From the human T2T-CHM13v2.0 reference genome, Homo sapiens, in NCBI RefSeq assembly GCF_009914755.1, contig NC_060933.1: a DNA stretch of 64,000 nucleotides, one strand, 5' to 3'. Positions 58,931-64,000 of this stretch are shown piece by piece. The translations under genes were made by a program, and so were the position numbers. Below the pieces are notes generated by a model. The model was given only the letters and a program-made list of their open reading frames with translations, made no database searches and had not been told where the DNA came from. Every line of letters starts with the position of its first letter. Position 1 is the stretch's first letter.

Positions 58931-61900
58931 ATCTATGGAAACAACTTGGGTGTCTTGGCAATGTTCTGTGTGCTGTATCCTGAGGACACTGAAGCCCAAG
59001 ACATGGCCAAAGTCTACATGGAGAGGATGGCAGTGCAGCCTATTTGGTTGGTGAAAGATGCTCCTTGGGATGAGGTCCCGCTTGCTCACTCCCTGGTTGG
59101 TTTTGCCACTGCTTATGACTTCTTGCACAACTACCTGAGCAAGACACAACAGAAGAAGTTTCTTGAAGTGATTGCCAGTGCCTCAGGGTATATGTATGAA
59201 AATTCATACAGGAGAGGACGGGGATTTCAATACCTGCACAATCATCAGCCCACCAACTGCATGGCTTTGCTCACAGGAAGCCTAGTACTGACGAATCAAG
59301 GATATCTTCAAGAATCCTGCTTATGGACCAAACAAGTTCTGACCATCATGGAGAAATCTCTGGTCTTGCTCAGGGAGATGATGGATGCCTCCCTCTATGA
59401 AAGAGTTGTGTATGGAAGCTACACCACTAGATCACTCTTCCAATACATGTTTCTCATCCAGAGGCACTTCATGTTGGCCATCTGGCCATCCGTGGCTTAA
59501 ACAACACTTTGCATTTATGTATAGAACCATCCTGCCAGGGTTTCAAAGGACTGTGGCTATTGAGGACTCAAATTACAACTGATTTTATGGTCCAGAAAGC
59601 CAATTAGTTTTCCTTGATAAATTTATCATGCGTAACAGCAGTGGTAACTGGCTAGCTGACCAAATCAGAAGGAACTGTGTGGTGGAAGGTCCAGGAACAC
59701 TGTCCAAAGGGCAGCGCCGGTGCACTCTGCATACAGAATTTCTCTGGTATGATGCCAGCTTGAAATCAGTTCCTCCTCCAGACTTTGGCACCCCTACGCT
59801 GCATTATTTTGAAGACTGGGTGTCGTGACTTGAAGTGCACTACCTGCTGAAATCAATAAATCTTTCCTCTCTTTCAAGTCTGGAAAACCGGGGGGACATG
59901 CAATATGTGACATTGTCCACAGAAACAAATACAAAGATTGGATCAAAGGATGGAGAAATTTTAGGACAGGGCATGAACATTATGATCAAAACTCATTTAC
60001 TTTTGCTCCCAGTTGTGTGCCTTTCGTTATTGAGGCTCTGTACAGGCCAAAGTACACCTTCTTCAACAATGTTTTGATGTTTTCCGCAGCTGTGTCGAAG
60101 AGCTGCTTTTCTCCCTGGAAGGGTCAAGTCACAGAACACTGTTCATCAAAATGGTCTAAATACCAGCATGACCTGGCAGCTAGCTGTCAGGGGAGAGTGG
60201 TTGCAGCAGAGGAGAAAAATGGGGTGGTTTTCATCTGAGGAGAAGGTGTGGGAGCTTATAACCTCCAGCTCAACCTGAAGAATGTTCAGAGGAATCTGAT
60301 CCTCCTACATCCACAGCTGCTTCTCCTTGTAGACCAAATACACCTGGGAGAGGAGAGTCCCCTGGAGACAGCAGCGAGCTTCTTCCACAATGTGGATGTT
60401 CCTTTTGAGGAGACTGTGGTAGATGGTGTCCATGGGGCTTTCATCAGGTAGAGAAATGGTCTCTATAAAAAGTACTGGATGGACAATACTGGCTACGGCA
60501 AGAAAGCAATATTTGCATCAGTGACATATCCTGGGAGCTATCCCTACAATGGGACAAACTATGTGAATGTCACCATGCACCTCTGAAGTCCCATCACCAG
60601 GCCAGCTTACCTCTTCATAGGGTCACTATAGATGTTCAGAGCTTCACCATCCACAGAGACTCTCAGCAACTGGATGTGTTCATAGCCACCAGAGAACATG
60701 CCTACGCAATGTACCTGTGGACAGGTGAGGCCGCAGGACAGTCTGCCTTTGCACAGGTCATTGCTGATCATCACAAAATTCTGTTTGACCGGAATTCAGC
60801 CATCAAGAGCAGCATTGTCCCTGAGGTGAAGGACTATGCTGCTATTGTGGAACAGAACCTGCAGCATTTTAAGCCAGTGTTTCAGCTGGAGAAGCAGATA
60901 CTCTCCTGAGTCCAGAACCAGCTAGCTTTAGGAAGACTGCTGACCGGCTGCTGAGATTTTCAGATAAGAGACAGGCTGAAGAGGCCATCGACAGGATTTT
61001 TGCCGTAACACAGCAACAGCAGCAGCAAAGCAAGTCAAAGAAAAACCGAAGGGCAGGCGAATGCTATAAATCTGTGGATGCTGTCCCTGATATTTTTGCA
61101 CAGATTGAGGTCAATGAGAAAAAGATTAGACAGAAAGCTCAGATTCAGGCACAGAAAGAACTACCCATAAATGAAGATGAAGAAATGAAAAACCTCTTAG
61201 ATTTTGCAGATATAACATATGAGAAACATAAAAATGGGGCTTGAGGAAAGGCCGGGTTGGACAGGCATGGATGGTGACAACTACTCGTAGCAGGGCCTCA
61301 TCACTATCTGCTTCCTATACCAGATTGTTCCTCATCCTGAACATTGCTATTTTCTTTGTCATGTTGGCAATACAACTGACTTTTTCCAGAGGGCCCACAA
61401 CCTTTTTCCAGAGGGCCAAAGATGTCTTTATGCAGTTCTTCTAACAGATAGCTGTATTTTATTGTGGTTGTACTCTTCTTGTTCCCAATCACAGTGTTAG
61501 CACTGAAGCTATAAGTTGCCTGGTCATTTTGTGATCATAAAAGTCCATGAAAAAAAAATTTATTACCCCAGTTTATCAGATTTTTTCCCTCAGATTCATT
61601 TTAACAAATTAAGGGAAGATATTTTGACACAAGAAAGCAGGAACATGGAGAAATTGGAGCAGGAAAGGAATTTATCAAGGCAATAGGAATAGCTTGGTGG
61701 TCCTATGGTGTTTCCAGAAGTATTTGGCATTGCAATTGAGCAGTCCAAGTAGTACTACTTTTAGAAGAAACAAAAAGTCTGTTTTTTAAAGTAATGTTTT
61801 TTCTTATGAGAAAAAGGTTTAGATAGAATTGGGTTTTATTCATATTAATTTAATGCTATTAGCAATTTCCATATACTATATTATGGAAAAGACTGAAGAA

Positions 61901-61961
61901 CACAATTCTGAGAAATATTTTAAAAATTTTAATGGTATAGTCATGTTGAAAGATAAATGTT

Positions 61962-62333
<372 letters not shown>

Positions 62334-62666
62334 TTATGTAGCTAACGAGATCTTTTACTACAGATCTGGATGGCTATTCAGATAACATAGCAAAAATGAT
62401 AGCAGAAGATCATCAAAAACTTAAAATATATTTTATTAGAAAACATGTATCTATGAATGAGTATTTCCTTGATGCTAGTCTCTGCACACATATAATTGGT
62501 TACTTGTATGCATTCATTGGTTGTTCAGTATGTAAGACAATTACAAATAACTTAATACTGTATTTTCCTTGTATGGAAAACTGTTGTAGACCCAATGACT
62601 AAAACTTTCAAAATAAAATATTTTCTATTATGAAAAAAAAAGAATATCTAATGACAAGAGAAATTC

Positions 62667-63247
62667 TGTTAGATAAGTTGCTTTTGGCTATAAGTAACAG
62701 AAAAATTTAAACAGCATAAACAATATAGCTATTTATTTTACCATCTGTCAAGATGTCCAGTTTGGGAATGGTTGCAACATCGGTTAATTCAGAAGTTTAA
62801 CAAAGGAATAGCAGTCCTGGTTCTGATCTTGTTCATCAGCTGATCTTGTTCATCAAGCTTGCTCCCCCATCCCCCATGTTTGCAAATTGGCTGCCATTGT
62901 TTCAGATACATTCAGACAATACCCAGACTTGAAAACGGAAGTTTCTTCCTACAAGTCATTTTTTTTTAAAGAGCAAAGAAACTTTTCCCAGACATTCCCT
63001 AAGGACTTCCCTGATGTCTCTTTGGCCAAAATAATGTCACATGCTTACTCCCAAGTCCATCACTGACAAGGTGAAAGGAATGATTAAGAATGACCTAGAC
63101 CAATTAAGTTTCATTCCCTCAGGCTGGAGAAGGTTCCAGCTTTCCCTACAGCACATGGCTGTCCTATGTCTCAACAAAATCAGGGTTGGCTCACAAACCA
63201 GAATGGAGAGAATTGGCTGTTAACTAGACTACCGTCAGGTAACACAA
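62667..63247 (-). mobile_element. MLT1K/L-like LTR
   Basis: tgttag...gcttttggcta.aagtaacagaaaa...atggctgcc-like...gtcacatg...aacaaaatcaggg. Confidence 0.6.
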
Positions 63248-64000
63248 CAGTAAATGCAACATATTTCCATTTGTATAAAGAAAAGTGAATATAGATAGGT
63301 CTATAAAGAATAAAAGCCTATGCATATTTTAAAATATTATTCATGTTGTTGGGATTATAGAAAATATTTATTTTTCTTGTTTCTGCTTTTCTTTTTTTCC
63401 TAAATGTTCTGCAATGAATATGTAATATATTTGAAGTCTATTTGTGCCCTCCCCCCACCAAAAATATATCCAAGAAAGGTTACTTTAAAATAAAACATTT
63501 ATAGTCCTTGCCAGGTCTTTTTTTTTTTTTCTTTTAAAGTAAGTATTAAGAGCAGTTATGTAAAATCAAACTCAGAGGTTTCATTCAGTTGAGGCTAGAA
63601 TGTGTCTGATGCAGCCTCCAAAGACATGGAGCCTCCTGCACTCGCATGAGTCCCAGGACCCTGAGGCCCCACGGAGATGTCAGCAATTTTATCCCAGGGG
63701 CTACTCTTGCTGCTTAGAAGACGATGTCCTGTGACTTATCTTCCCAAACTGGAAGGTTGGACAGTACAAACCAGATTCTAAACCAGTTCTCAGTGTCAGG
63801 GCCAAGAAGATATCAGACCTGTCTAGGGAACAGGGTTACACTGAGACTTTCGGTTCCACCACAAGCAGGAAGACAGAGCTGGAGGAATGAAAACAGAAGG
63901 CACAGCAAAAAAGACAATTAAAGAGCAGCGAAGTCACTCTATGCCTCTAGACACATGTCCAATAACTTGGCATAAAAGCACATGCATTTTGTGACCAAGT

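Noticed and set aside
58946-59500. 184-aa DSE-like ORF as a functional gene
   Set aside because: It starts at TTG, lies downstream of a frameshift and a stop, has no signal peptide, and ends in a frameshift. It is a pseudogene fragment.
58633-61500. DSEL (naturally single-coding-exon paralog) or the true DSE locus
   Set aside because: The peptides match DSE from start to stop, and there is no C-terminal sulfotransferase-like domain. Poly(A), TSD and multiple disablements indicate a retrocopy.
62823-62856. 17-bp tandem duplication in MLT1 (also 10-bp at 56424 and (TTGGCC)3 at ~8216)
   Set aside because: Ordinary slippage-scale events, not meaningful individually. The 17-bp one is counted only in the aggregate finding.

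Overview
This is primate DNA, most likely human or another hominine, because it carries an L1PA2-type insertion. It is repeat-rich and looks intergenic or intronic. I found no intact protein-coding gene, RNA gene or CRISPR array. There are two main structures. (1) A full-length, decayed L1PA7-type LINE-1 on the minus strand (~36684-44110). A younger L1PA2-type element with a twin-primed 5' inversion has inserted into it about 5 bp upstream of the ORF1 start codon. (2) A full-length processed pseudogene of dermatan sulfate epimerase (DSE), 58406-62641, plus strand. It has a 5'UTR, an intronless disabled CDS, a 3'UTR, AATAAA, a poly(A) tail and a 15-bp TSD. Its 5' end is still CpG-rich, its 5' junction contains a fold-back palindrome, and an AluSc sits in its 3'UTR. 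The remainder is 22 Alus, solo LTRs (THE1, MSTA, MLT2, MLT1, ERVL types), DNA-transposon fossils (MER1A, MER30, MER5, Kanga/Tc2), old L1M/L2/MIR fragments, microsatellites and a few candidate regulatory motif clusters, including a CTCF-like pair at ~34.1 kb. I did not find a new biological system. The most unusual signals are junction-level and mutational: repeated short templated or fold-back insertions, the nested L1 architecture, and selective CpG retention at the retrocopy 5' end. Repeat subfamily names come from recalled consensus sequences and need RepeatMasker/Dfam confirmation.
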